Sequence record: LR756511.1
Direction: 5' to 3' (one strand)
DNA length: 64,000 bases
The notes under the pieces were generated by a model. The model was given only the letters and a program-made list of their open reading frames with translations. It made no database searches and was not told where the DNA came from. The number at the start of each line of letters is the position of its first letter. Within the stretch, counting starts at the first letter, position 1. Position numbers and translations under genes: made by a program. Of this stretch, positions 8,184 to 17,121 are shown one piece after another.

Positions 8184-9446
8184 ATGGCAAAAGACATTCA
8201 CAACAGACTCAGTAAGCACATCCTAGTTGATGGATTTTCACACGTTGCTGACTTACAGGCTAGCGAAGGGTCATGGTTCGTAGATGCCCGTACTGGCAAA
8301 CGTTACCTAGACTGCTATTCCCTCCATGCCTCACAACCCCTTGGCTGGAATTATCCTAAGTTAGAGCCTTATAAGGAGTTATTGACGGAAGTTGCATTTC
8401 ATAATTTAAGCAACTCTGATCTCTATTCTGCTCAGTACGTTGAGTTTGTTGAGAAGTTTGCCGAGATTACACCAGACTTTTCGCATTATTTCTTTGTTTC
8501 AGGTGGCACATTGGCTGTAGAGAATGCGTTAAAGGCGGCATTCGATTGGAAAGCTCAACGTTTAGGTTGGAATGACTATTCTGAGTATGAAGAAGATGCT
8601 GTTCAATTTGATGTTATTCATTTGACTGAAGCGTTTCACGGTAGAAGCGGTTACACGCTATCTTTAACAAATACAGGTATTACGAAAACAAAGTGGTTCC
8701 CTAAGTTCAAGTGGACTAGGATTCTGAATCCTAAGATTACAGCCGATCCAATGTCTACTAACTTGTATGAGGCTATTAGTCTTGAACAAGCGACAGACGC
8801 ACTTAGAAGGAACAACGTTGCGGCTATCATTCTTGAGTCTATACAAGGTGAAGGGGGTGATAACCATTTTAATCCTGGTTATTTCCAGGGACTCAAAATG
8901 TTAGCCGATCAATTTGATGCGATGCTCATTCTAGATGAGGTTCAAACTGGCGTAGGCATGACTGGCAAAATGTGGGCCTACGAACATATGGGCATTGTGC
9001 CTGATATGATTTGCTTTGGGAAGAAAACTCAAGTGTGCGGTTTCTGTAGCACTGGCAGAATTGATAATGTGCCAAATAATGTCTTTAAAACTTCTGGACG
9101 TATCAACTCTACGTGGGGTGGCAACTTGGTTGATATGGTCCGTGCTACAATCTATTTCAAGATCATTCAGGAAGATAAGTTAGTAGAGAATGCCAAAGAA
9201 GTTGGAGAATACTTCTTGGGCATGTTAAGTGATCTGCCACTAAGGAATGTGAGAGGGCGAGGGCTAATGATAGCCTTCGACCTCTCCACTTCCGAAGAAC
9301 GAGATACGTTCTTACACAAGCTTAACGAAAAGATTTTCTGCTTAAAATGCGGCGATAAATCTATTCGATTTAGACCACACCTTACGTTTACCAAGGAAGA
9401 TGCTGATTTTGCAGTAGAGACAATTAAAGAATTGCTTCCTCAATAA
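8184..9446 (+). CDS. lat: L-lysine 6-transaminase (class III PLP aminotransferase)
   Basis: SGGTLAVENALKAAFDWK, AFHGRSGYTLSLTNT, ESIQGEGGDNHF, DEVQTG, FGKKTQVCG (PLP Lys) and INSTWGGNLVDM are characteristic of Lat. Confidence 0.9.
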   Translation: MAKDIHNRLSKHILVDGFSHVADLQASEGSWFVDARTGKRYLDCYSLHASQPLGWNYPKLEPYKELLTEVAFHNLSNSDLYSAQYVEFVEKFAEITPDFSHYFFVSGGTLAVENALKAAFDWKAQRLGWNDYSEYEEDAVQFDVIHLTEAFHGRSGYTLSLTNTGITKTKWFPKFKWTRILNPKITADPMSTNLYEAISLEQATDALRRNNVAAIILESIQGEGGDNHFNPGYFQGLKMLADQFDAMLILDEVQTGVGMTGKMWAYEHMGIVPDMICFGKKTQVCGFCSTGRIDNVPNNVFKTSGRINSTWGGNLVDMVRATIYFKIIQEDKLVENAKEVGEYFLGMLSDLPLRNVRGRGLMIAFDLSTSEERDTFLHKLNEKIFCLKCGDKSIRFRPHLTFTKEDADFAVETIKELLPQ

Positions 9447-9708
9447 TTTCTTTCCAAGTATTGTCGTATTCGCAACTTGTCCAAGCTCCATTTGTTAGAT
9501 CACGGAGCTTGTTACGGATTTGCATTCCCTCGCGGAAATGAACAACATGAGGAATGCCGCCTTCATCCCAAATGGCGTCAATCCGACCATGTTCAGCTTT
9601 AATGCTCTTAAAATGTTTAGTGCCAGCTTCTCCCAGCCATTTCTTTAAAGCTGGAATAAGTGGCAACCATTCCTCACGCGAACGTTTCGCATTTGGGTCT
9701 TCACTCAT
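9424..9708 (-). CDS. Hypothetical protein
   Basis: Part of a tightly coupled minus-strand gene string. Confidence 0.6.
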   Translation of the reverse strand: MSEDPNAKRSREEWLPLIPALKKWLGEAGTKHFKSIKAEHGRIDAIWDEGGIPHVVHFREGMQIRNKLRDLTNGAWTSCEYDNTWKEIIEEAIL

Positions 9709-9902
9709 TTGACATCAATTCTCTTTCTAATGTTTTCGATTAATTTGTCGATAGATTTATAAGTATCTGCCAATAATTGCCGTTCTTCATCCGTAGCAAG
9801 CAATGATGGAGTCAATTGCATTAATGCGGCATTGGCGCAACGTAATGCAGCAAGATGCGCAACATTAATGTAATCTTTCTCTTTCATTGAGCAAAAACAC
9901 AA
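9705..9902 (-). CDS. Hypothetical protein
   Basis: Coupled ORF. The true start may be slightly downstream (MKEKDY). Confidence 0.55.
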   Translation of the reverse strand: MCFCSMKEKDYINVAHLAALRCANAALMQLTPSLLATDEERQLLADTYKSIDKLIENIRKRIDVK

Positions 9903-9920
9903 ATCAATAGAAACAATATG

Positions 9921-10097
9921 TTAACCTTCATGACATCCCTCTACTTCTGCGTTCGGTACAGCCCACCAGGGAAACCGTGACCAATCTACTAAATTTCTAT
10001 AATGAGCTTGATAAAGAATTCTTAAATCTTTGTGGAACGTTCCATTTTGACAGGCTTCTAAGACTCGATCATGAACAGACTGAATTTCACTTGGCAT
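9921..10097 (-). CDS. Hypothetical 58-aa protein (not in ORF track)
   Basis: GGAGG RBS. Translated by hand: MPSEIQSVHDRVLEACQNGTFHKDLRILYQAHYRNLVDWSRFPWWAVPNAEVEGCHEG. Confidence 0.65.
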   Translation of the reverse strand: MPSEIQSVHDRVLEACQNGTFHKDLRILYQAHYRNLVDWSRFPWWAVPNAEVEGCHEG

Positions 10098-10121
10098 GAT
10101 TCCTCCTTCACGACTTCTTCA

Positions 10122-10403
10122 TTATGTATTCTGTTCTGGTATTTTTTCTACAGGAACATACAACTTGTTAGTTTTCCTACAATCATAATAACGGGAACAG
10201 TTATACATCATAAGTTCTTTACTCTCAGGCAGTTGCGGCTCGCACTTAATCTTTTCTGGCAGTACACTATAAAGATATTCGTAATCATCCAGCCAGCAAT
10301 TATCGTCGCCTTTTTGGTCACGGTGACGCCGAATTGCATTACGCAATTTCATTATTTCTTCTCGGCATTGTCCGAGAGACATATTTCTCAGGTCGTCATC
10401 CAA
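10122..10403 (-). CDS. Hypothetical protein
   Basis: 93-aa ORF in the string (HRDQKGDDNCWLDD motif). Confidence 0.65.
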   Translation of the reverse strand: MDDDLRNMSLGQCREEIMKLRNAIRRHRDQKGDDNCWLDDYEYLYSVLPEKIKCEPQLPESKELMMYNCSRYYDCRKTNKLYVPVEKIPEQNT

Positions 10404-10708
10404 TTTTTCACCTTGACTTTCATAGACTTCATGTTGCAGACTAAATACATTACATCAGCCGACATCATTGTATCTACATAAATTTCAAAGTGGAAAACAT
10501 TATACCATCCATAAAAGTAAAACTCTTGTGGTATGCCTTCCATGTTAAGCTTTACATTATACATTAATCCAGCAAGGTTGGGCGGTATAATTAGGGCAAT
10601 AACACATCCGCCCATCCTGTCACGTTCAGAATAGATAAAATCGTGTATATCTTTTGGTTGATTCTGCGAATCTGTTAAATCTAATTCACGGATCATAAGT
10701 ATTCCCAA
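10388..10708 (-). CDS. Hypothetical protein
   Basis: 106-aa ORF in the string. Start uncertain. Confidence 0.55.
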   Translation of the reverse strand: MGILMIRELDLTDSQNQPKDIHDFIYSERDRMGGCVIALIIPPNLAGLMYNVKLNMEGIPQEFYFYGWYNVFHFEIYVDTMMSADVMYLVCNMKSMKVKVKNWMTT

Positions 10709-11052
10709 GAACCACGTTTACGTGTCGTCTTCTTGAATGTTAGAATGAACGTTACTTCCTTCTGAAGAATCTCGGCAATAGACTGACTTGCTTCTCTCTG
10801 AATTCTATCTTTAAGAATGCGAGCCTGATTATGCCATTTCTTACCCGCATTAGGGCAAGAAAAACAATCGTGCAAATGCCCTTTGCTACTTCCAGCATGA
10901 ACCGACATTGCTTCGGCCCAGCCTGTCGGTCCCATAACGTTTCTTTTTACATTCATTTCCGTGTTGCATACACGGCAGAACATTTTCTCATACTCGCCTG
11001 GATCGGGACTAAAATAATCCCATCCAGCATGATAATTCTTTGTTTTTTTCAT
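10693..11052 (-). CDS. Putative zinc-binding protein
   Basis: CRVC ... HDCFSC motifs. Confidence 0.6.
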   Translation of the reverse strand: MKKTKNYHAGWDYFSPDPGEYEKMFCRVCNTEMNVKRNVMGPTGWAEAMSVHAGSSKGHLHDCFSCPNAGKKWHNQARILKDRIQREASQSIAEILQKEVTFILTFKKTTRKRGSWEYL

Positions 11053-11306
11053 TTTACACTTTCCGTAGTCGGATCAAATTTAAAACCAGCCAACAATAGC
11101 TCCAAGTCAGCCTTTAGTAAGGCAAAACCTGGAGGTAACGCATTAATGTAAGCGCGTAAAGCCTGTGGTGCGTAAGGATCGTGACAAAGATCGAGAACAA
11201 AGTATTGGCAGTTCTCACGTCCTGGCTTCCCATCAATTCGCTTTACTTCAAACTTATTATATAAGCCTCTAGTCGATTCTGGCATTACCAATACTCCTCT
11301 AACCAA
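11049..11306 (-). CDS. Hypothetical protein
   Basis: YFVLDLCHDPYAPQALRAY motif. The start is probably near 11285. Confidence 0.6.
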   Translation of the reverse strand: MVRGVLVMPESTRGLYNKFEVKRIDGKPGRENCQYFVLDLCHDPYAPQALRAYINALPPGFALLKADLELLLAGFKFDPTTESVK

Positions 11307-12178
11307 CTCGCCGTCTTCTCCAATGGATACTCTTCCCCGATTGACGCAATCGAGCTTATTTCCTCAAAATTGTCCATTGGCCCATTAATTACAGGTTCTA
11401 TGCGATGATAACGTTCACCCAGGAAGTTATTTCCCAAGTAATTAACCACAAGTGTATCACGCTCTGTAAAGATATTCAATATTGATTTAATCCAATTTAA
11501 ATATCCCCACTCCACATTCCTTTGCTCAATATAAACATCCCTGATTGTTCCCAACGATAAAACACATATATCGTCTAACTTTGGGTTTTCTCCCTGATTA
11601 CGCTTATCCTGTGTTTGCGCAATAGCACAGAACGCAGGATTATTCGCAACTAAGGCACCATCAATATACTTTCCATAACTAGGAAAAAATACAGGCACCG
11701 CTGATGTAGCCATTGCTACATCCACAACCTTCGCATCGCCATCCGAGTCCACGCCATCAAAGTTGTGGAAGATTTTTGCTCGCCAGCGTCGATGAATGCT
11801 TGCCTCATCATCGACGCAAAAAGAAGGCACCACTACCTTCTTAGCTAAATCTTTGAGTGTTAAATGCCCAAACACTCCACGCAGGAACGCTTTGAATTTT
11901 CTGTTGTCATACTTAGCGGTAAGTCCAGCATAGAAGGCCATCGTTCTTACTGGATTTGTAAAGAAAGCGAGCGGGAACCCCTTCAAGAAGTTCTCCCCAA
12001 TTTTATCCACGCAATGACCTGATGCAATTCCCAGGCCAATGATACCCCCGATAGAGGTTCCCGCTATTAAATCCGCTTTCTCAATTAAATGTGGACATCT
12101 CTTCATCAATCTGTCTAAGAGAACCACATCCGCAAAACCATGCATTCCGCCGCCGTCAATCGAAATGATTCTGTACAT
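11285..12178 (-). CDS. Patatin-like phospholipase
   Basis: IDGGG oxyanion loop, GTSIGG nucleophile elbow, SAVP and DGAL catalytic Asp. Confidence 0.9.
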   Translation of the reverse strand: MYRIISIDGGGMHGFADVVLLDRLMKRCPHLIEKADLIAGTSIGGIIGLGIASGHCVDKIGENFLKGFPLAFFTNPVRTMAFYAGLTAKYDNRKFKAFLRGVFGHLTLKDLAKKVVVPSFCVDDEASIHRRWRAKIFHNFDGVDSDGDAKVVDVAMATSAVPVFFPSYGKYIDGALVANNPAFCAIAQTQDKRNQGENPKLDDICVLSLGTIRDVYIEQRNVEWGYLNWIKSILNIFTERDTLVVNYLGNNFLGERYHRIEPVINGPMDNFEEISSIASIGEEYPLEKTASWLEEYW

Positions 12179-12510
12179 TATTCAGTCCATTCAATAATCG
12201 GACAGACCTTATCCTTTTTAGCCTTCAACCACTTACCAATCAATGTATTTGGATTATCAGGGTCTGCTTTTTTAAGCTGTCTTGCCATCCTCCACTCATC
12301 GCGTTTGTCAGCGATCCAACAAAGCAGGAAGAATGGGGATACCAGAATGGTTAAAAATAGGACCATTGGCAATCCAATGATTATTAGCACAAGCAAGTGC
12401 CAGAAGTAACTACAAAAATCCTTGTATGGCAATTCCCCGTCTACAAGTTGTGCATTAGGCGTGCAATATTTAATCAGCCTATAATGCCAACTATTTCGAC
12501 TTAGTTTCAT
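12178..12510 (-). CDS. Membrane protein
   Basis: Long hydrophobic stretch FWHLLVLIIIGLPMVLFLTILVSPFFLLCWI. Confidence 0.7.
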   Translation of the reverse strand: MKLSRNSWHYRLIKYCTPNAQLVDGELPYKDFCSYFWHLLVLIIIGLPMVLFLTILVSPFFLLCWIADKRDEWRMARQLKKADPDNPNTLIGKWLKAKKDKVCPIIEWTE

Positions 12511-13258
12511 CTTTCACTTCCTCAATCGTGTCATATTTTACAGCTTCCGCCTCCAATGCAGCGTTCACCACTTCCATTGCTGGCGATACTGGACCTGCGG
12601 AACACAAGCGAGCTTTGTAATCGTCAAATCCCTTCGACCCACTAGAAGCAAATGCATACGAAGTAATTACCTGTGCCGCCTCGTTAAAGTCGTCCAACTT
12701 AACAAGTGGAGTATTCATTATTGTGCCAATCTCTTCCCAAAAAGCATTGGGACCAGAGCGATGCGGAGAGTAAAGGCATTGAAGCGCGTAAACGTTAATA
12801 CCCAACTCTTTAAGATCGGCAAGCTCCTTACGCCAATCAAGTCTGTCCTTGTTCTGTGGGTCCGATGGCGGATGTGGTTCATCATCGCCAATCATAACAA
12901 GAACCTTGCCGCCCTTAGCATCAGACCAGCCAAGCTTCTTGGCAAGGTTTAAAGCTAGTTCATAGCATTCAGGGGAGTCGCCACCACCAGTATTAGGAGC
13001 ATTACGAATGAACTTAAATACTGCGGCTTTATCTTGCGTAAGTTCTTGGAGCGTATAGCACTTATCTCCGTCGCAATAATCGCCGTGAGCAATAAATCCT
13101 ACTTGAAGATTAGGGATGTTCTTAAACATTTCCTCGCAAGTTTGCTCAATGTGTCTTCTCACATTGGCGATACAAGGGTTCATAGAGCCAGTTGTATCAA
13201 AGCAGAAAACAACTTCTGTAGCCTTCGGAAGATTCGTAGCAATGTCTTTCTTACTCAT
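12491..13258 (-). CDS. vWA domain protein
   Basis: MIDAS FDTTGSM, GGGDSPECY and VMIGDDEPH. AAGGAG RBS before ATG 13258. Confidence 0.9.
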   Translation of the reverse strand: MSKKDIATNLPKATEVVFCFDTTGSMNPCIANVRRHIEQTCEEMFKNIPNLQVGFIAHGDYCDGDKCYTLQELTQDKAAVFKFIRNAPNTGGGDSPECYELALNLAKKLGWSDAKGGKVLVMIGDDEPHPPSDPQNKDRLDWRKELADLKELGINVYALQCLYSPHRSGPNAFWEEIGTIMNTPLVKLDDFNEAAQVITSYAFASSGSKGFDDYKARLCSAGPVSPAMEVVNAALEAEAVKYDTIEEVKDETKSK

Positions 13259-13271
13259 GTCATTCTCCTTT

Positions 13272-13496
13272 TCAATCATGGTATCCGTTTGTTGTGTGAA
13301 AAGCAACACGATCTGCTGATCGCCGCACATAAGATAAATCGTAATATTGCGGCACATGGTTAACGAAAACCCAAGAATAATCTATTTTCTGGCAGTCGCA
13401 AACTGGCTCTGGATCGGATGTTACGAATGTGTGGTTACAGCGACAGCAGTACCAACACCACTCATCGCTTGTTTGCCAAAAAAGTATTTTTAACAT
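13272..13496 (-). CDS. Small Cys-rich (zinc-ribbon-like) protein
   Basis: WYCCRCNHTF...VCDCQ. Confidence 0.5.
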   Translation of the reverse strand: MLKILFWQTSDEWCWYCCRCNHTFVTSDPEPVCDCQKIDYSWVFVNHVPQYYDLSYVRRSADRVAFHTTNGYHD

Positions 13497-13689
13497 ATAG
13501 AGCTTTAATTACTGCCGTCTGAATCTCCATAATGGGGAGACTTTCCATTACTTCCAGATATTTATATCTGTTCTCTAGTGGTAGTGCGCTGCAAGTGTTG
13601 TTCAACAATTGATAGTTGCGCGCATAATAACCACCAGTATCACTTTCGAATTCTTCGTCGTTTGGCACCGAACTGGCACACGTTAGCAA
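13462..13689 (-). CDS. Hypothetical protein
   Basis: 75-aa ORF in the string. Confidence 0.45.
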   Translation of the reverse strand: MLTCASSVPNDEEFESDTGGYYARNYQLLNNTCSALPLENRYKYLEVMESLPIMEIQTAVIKALYVKNTFLANKR

Positions 13690-13695
13690 AAGCAG

Positions 13696-13836
13696 TCAGG
13701 AAAATACACGTCCAGAGGACTTGTATAGCCCAGGATTGAAGATGCCAACGTTCTCTTTGATATGCTTACGGAGATTCTGCTTATTCTCTTCAGGAAGGCT
13801 TCTGATGAATTGAATAAGCCAGCCTTTCGGATTCAT
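13696..13836 (-). CDS. Hypothetical 46-aa protein (not in ORF track)
   Basis: AGGA RBS. MNPKGWLIQFIRSLPEENKQNLRKHIKENVGIFNPGLYKSSGRVFS fills the gap between neighbours. Confidence 0.55.
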   Translation of the reverse strand: MNPKGWLIQFIRSLPEENKQNLRKHIKENVGIFNPGLYKSSGRVFS

Positions 13837-13844
13837 GAAAATTC

Positions 13845-14096
13845 CTAATACATACAGATAAGAGCAGATTCAATTGACTCTCCCTCATTATACAACTTTT
13901 CGTATTGGGTCTTCAAGGCTACATTGTTCCGAAATCGTTCGACATCTTCAAGTTTTGGGATGTAGTAATCATATTTTGCATCTGGATCGAAGCCGATGAT
14001 CGGGGCATTATAGCATCCCAAACTATACTTCTCGACTACCAAATCCCACCAACCCTGAAAATTGATTTCTTTGTTTGTTGATTCAAACTTCGACAT
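13845..14096 (-). CDS. Hypothetical protein
   Basis: 83-aa ORF with AGGAG RBS. Confidence 0.65.
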   Translation of the reverse strand: MSKFESTNKEINFQGWWDLVVEKYSLGCYNAPIIGFDPDAKYDYYIPKLEDVERFRNNVALKTQYEKLYNEGESIESALICMY

Positions 14097-14098
14097 TT

Positions 14099-14506
14099 TT
14101 ATTTCTCCTGAAGAACCTTATATTTGCATCCATCGTGCGATAATACTAATTTAATTGTTTTCGCATTGTCATCTATACCACATTGGATAACTTTTACGTC
14201 ATAAAGTTCAAATTCTTCAACAGAACTAGTTAAACGAGCATATCCAGGTTTTCGCTGGAGAACTTCTCCATCTATCGACCGAACCATGCAACTCGCTTTC
14301 TCTGCCTTGTAATACTCTACAATCTTGTTTTTCACCGCTTCAAAATCTTCTACAAACTCATCAAACGTGATGTTTTGCCAATTACAAAACCAAGGATGAT
14401 ATTCACCATCAAAGAAAATTTCGCAAATATCAAGATTTGGCCTTACCAAATTCGGAATTTCCAATTCCAGGGAATCATTTTTGCATGAATACAATTCTAG
14501 TTTCAT
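14099..14506 (-). CDS. Hypothetical protein
   Basis: AGGTGG RBS before ATG 14506. Confidence 0.65.
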   Translation of the reverse strand: MKLELYSCKNDSLELEIPNLVRPNLDICEIFFDGEYHPWFCNWQNITFDEFVEDFEAVKNKIVEYYKAEKASCMVRSIDGEVLQRKPGYARLTSSVEEFELYDVKVIQCGIDDNAKTIKLVLSHDGCKYKVLQEK

Positions 14507-14592
14507 ATCGCCACCTGTTCTAATGTTCACAAATAAAATAGTATTACAGTCAGTGGACTTACGGATAATTTAGAAAAAATGGGTCGATTCGC

Positions 14593-14620
14593 TTGAAAAG
14601 GCCAAATTCAATGCTATAAC
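14593..14620 (+). promoter_or_regulatory. Sigma70-type early promoter with extended -10
   Basis: TTGAAA-N16-TATAAC with TG at the extended -10 position. A 5' leader hairpin follows (14627-14663). Confidence 0.7.
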
Positions 14621-14693
14621 ACTTGTGAGTCAACGACGACTCGCCTTTTCCCCGTCGTGACTCTAAGTTTTACAATTCTTGGGAGGACTTGCA

Positions 14694-14915
14694 ATGTTGC
14701 TTCGCACCGTAAGCAAGGATGATTTCTTTGAGGCGCGTTTGGAAGACAAACCTGCGCCGAAAGAAAAGGAAGTTGTGCCGCTAGGGAATCTCATGTCAGC
14801 AATCGACACTGTATCAGAAGAGATTTCCGTCTGCGATAACGAAATCCAGAAGTGGCAATCAAGGAAAACGGTGATTCGGAACGCTTTCCAAAGAATCTTG
14901 AAAGCAATCCAATAG
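14694..14915 (+). CDS. Early coiled-coil protein, paralog of the N-terminal half of 3547-4029
   Basis: GGGAGG RBS. Shares GNLxSA...IxxCDxxIxxWxxRK with the 3547 protein. Confidence 0.7.
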   Translation: MLLRTVSKDDFFEARLEDKPAPKEKEVVPLGNLMSAIDTVSEEISVCDNEIQKWQSRKTVIRNAFQRILKAIQ

Positions 14916-14938
14916 AACAGGCAAGAGTAGCTGGTGTA

Positions 14939-15121
14939 CTAACGTACACGCAGTTTTTCACCTCTGCTCGCCTTTGTCGGCAAGTTAATCTTTTCGATCT
15001 TAATTGTCGGCTCACGCTTGCCGTCTTCAGCCTTCAATAAAGCATGAATTGTAAAAGCATAATCAGGGTGCTTTACCTTGATTGTTTTGCCAATTTTTAA
15101 TTCTTCAAGCAGGCTTTTCAT
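14939..15121 (-). CDS. Hypothetical protein
   Basis: 60-aa basic ORF. Confidence 0.55.
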   Translation of the reverse strand: MKSLLEELKIGKTIKVKHPDYAFTIHALLKAEDGKREPTIKIEKINLPTKASRGEKLRVR

Positions 15122-15142
15122 TGGTTCACCACTAAATAGGTT

Positions 15143-15475
15143 GTGAAATCATTCAAGGTTTGGATGGAAGAACTAGCTGGTCATATCGCAAATGATATCA
15201 TAGGAATATTGCGCAAAGCAAGCGATAAAATTGGACAATACGGAGGTGTAGATCGAAATGCCGCCGATGAAGCGGACTCACTGCTTCGCCAAGCTAGAGG
15301 CTACTACAACCTTGCCGCCAACGAAGGCGCGGATCGAAACATCGTATTTCAACTTGCTCGTCTTGCCAATGAATGCAAGGCTATACGCCATTTAGACCCT
15401 GAAAAGAACACTAAAATACAGCAAATTCAAGCTGATATTGAAGCAGTAATTAAGATTTTAAATCATCGTCTTTAG
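15143..15475 (+). CDS. Helical protein with capsid-targeting-like N-terminus
   Basis: Starts MKSFKVWMEE. CTAAATA lies 4 nt before the GTG. Confidence 0.65.
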   Translation: MKSFKVWMEELAGHIANDIIGILRKASDKIGQYGGVDRNAADEADSLLRQARGYYNLAANEGADRNIVFQLARLANECKAIRHLDPEKNTKIQQIQADIEAVIKILNHRL

Positions 15476-15818
15476 TTAATTCTTTAAACTGCTCCAGGGT
15501 CATATGATCCACCTGAACGGTCACTATCATTACTTCTGGCTCTTTCTTTGTCTTATCATAGTTGCCAAGAATACGCCCGCCCACAAACAACCTAAGCGTA
15601 TGCAGCAACTTTCCTAGCGGCTTTTTAGAGAATAAATATCCTGGTCGATGGTTGTTTCGCCTTATTACACAGGTAAACACGTCAGGATGATTAGGTTCTG
15701 CGAACCTATTAAAAAGCTCCCTCTCCTCTTTGGGAGTCATAGGCGCAGGCTCATCCGTAGGCATACCGCTGTGGATTAGACCCGTCGCAAACAGTTTTTT
15801 CAAGTCGTGATCGTCCAT
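15450..15818 (-). CDS. Hypothetical protein
   Basis: 122-aa ORF. Confidence 0.6.
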   Translation of the reverse strand: MDDHDLKKLFATGLIHSGMPTDEPAPMTPKEERELFNRFAEPNHPDVFTCVIRRNNHRPGYLFSKKPLGKLLHTLRLFVGGRILGNYDKTKKEPEVMIVTVQVDHMTLEQFKELTKDDDLKS

Positions 15819-15867
15819 ACCTTCAACTTACTACAAATTTTCCCGTTGTCCAATACTCTGTTAAAGT

Positions 15868-16251
15868 ATGGACAAAACAACCCGTTGCACCGATTGTTAT
15901 GCAGAGTTTACGGACGACGATTTAGTAGGCAAAATATCGTGCCCAAGTTGCGGCACATCATCCTTGCCATGCGACATCAAGGAAGACGTAACCATTAAAA
16001 TAAACTGGCACGAATTGCGAATCCTAACGATTTGGGCGTCTAATTGGGCGGGCCACGCTTGCAACATTGAATCCCGCAATACGCTTAACTCTATAATTAA
16101 ACGATTAGAGTCGCAACGACCCGAAGGGTTTGCGGCCTTAACACTTTTACAAGAGCTTAAAGAACTACCCGAAGCTCTTAAAAAAGAGGGAATTGAGATT
16201 GGGTCAGTTGAATGTTATAACGGGACTAAGAAGATATATCCAGAGGATTAA
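15868..16251 (+). CDS. Zinc-ribbon protein
   Basis: CTDC...CPSCG at the N-terminus. Confidence 0.65.
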   Translation: MDKTTRCTDCYAEFTDDDLVGKISCPSCGTSSLPCDIKEDVTIKINWHELRILTIWASNWAGHACNIESRNTLNSIIKRLESQRPEGFAALTLLQELKELPEALKKEGIEIGSVECYNGTKKIYPED

Positions 16252-16628
16252 GGTTTATTTCTGCACTCATCGCACAAAGTCTGAATCCAGCTTCCCTCTG
16301 TGGTTACATTTCCCTTCGTCCCACAATGCTCGCAAGTATGAAGCGACTCTTTTTCAGCTTCTCCCACAATTTTATTTGTCGCAGCATTACCGTATAAAGT
16401 ATACAACCTCAACTCGCCAAACTTCTCTTTAATCTGCGCAAATTTAAAGTTGTCAGGAGCGACTTTGGCTAATTCCTTACAAGCATTTTCTAATATGCTA
16501 TACCATCCGTCGCCGTGCGCACATCCCCACGCCATGCACGTACTCATGGGATCGCCATACATATCCTCAAAAAACTTAGGATATGCGTCCATCAACTTTT
16601 TTTCTAGTTCCTTGTTCATATAAATCAA
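16248..16628 (-). CDS. Hypothetical protein with C-terminal CxxC pairs
   Basis: GDGW..., QIKEKFGELRLY, CEHCG...LCDEC. Confidence 0.7.
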   Translation of the reverse strand: MIYMNKELEKKLMDAYPKFFEDMYGDPMSTCMAWGCAHGDGWYSILENACKELAKVAPDNFKFAQIKEKFGELRLYTLYGNAATNKIVGEAEKESLHTCEHCGTKGNVTTEGSWIQTLCDECRNKP

Positions 16629-17121
16629 ACCAATCCTTATCCTCGTTCACATTGGTATCATGCAGACATAATTCCATGATGAAACCATCTGGCGGTGTAA
16701 AGCCGAATATTCCACTGTGCCTCTGCCACAAAGAATCGTATTTAACTCTATCATACTCTCGATCTGTGCATAGATGATAGTCTTTTCCCTTATTTCGACT
16801 TAATGGGTAACGACTATCCCTAGCCTTGTAATGAACTTCAAAATAGATACTGCGATCTTTGTATTGTTGTAGATATGGACATTCAATTTTTACACGCTTG
16901 ATATCGACACCACTCTCTTTGAGTTTGTCAACGATGCCATCGACATACTTCTTACACTCTTCATAATTAGGGGCATGGTGGGCCTGACTAGTCATATACT
17001 CCGTGCGATAATACGACCAATCAGGCTTCACCAAATCAAGAGTTATGGTCCTTAAACCTAAATCTTGTGCCGCATCTAATATCTTTTCATCACCTGTTAT
17101 GTGAATCTCAAAGACTTCCAT
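16576..17121 (-). CDS. Hypothetical enzyme-like protein
   Basis: Enzyme-like motifs EIHIT, RVKIE, YFEVH, SRN and ELCLHDTN..D..W. Confidence 0.65.
   Translation of the reverse strand: MEVFEIHITGDEKILDAAQDLGLRTITLDLVKPDWSYYRTEYMTSQAHHAPNYEECKKYVDGIVDKLKESGVDIKRVKIECPYLQQYKDRSIYFEVHYKARDSRYPLSRNKGKDYHLCTDREYDRVKYDSLWQRHSGIFGFTPPDGFIMELCLHDTNVNEDKDWFDLYEQGTRKKVDGRIS

Noticed and set aside
14627-14663. Leader hairpin (GAGTC-A-ACGACG / CGTCGT-GACTC) as a riboswitch or ncRNA
   Set aside because: A single stem with no recognisable aptamer features, more simply a 5' stabilising hairpin.
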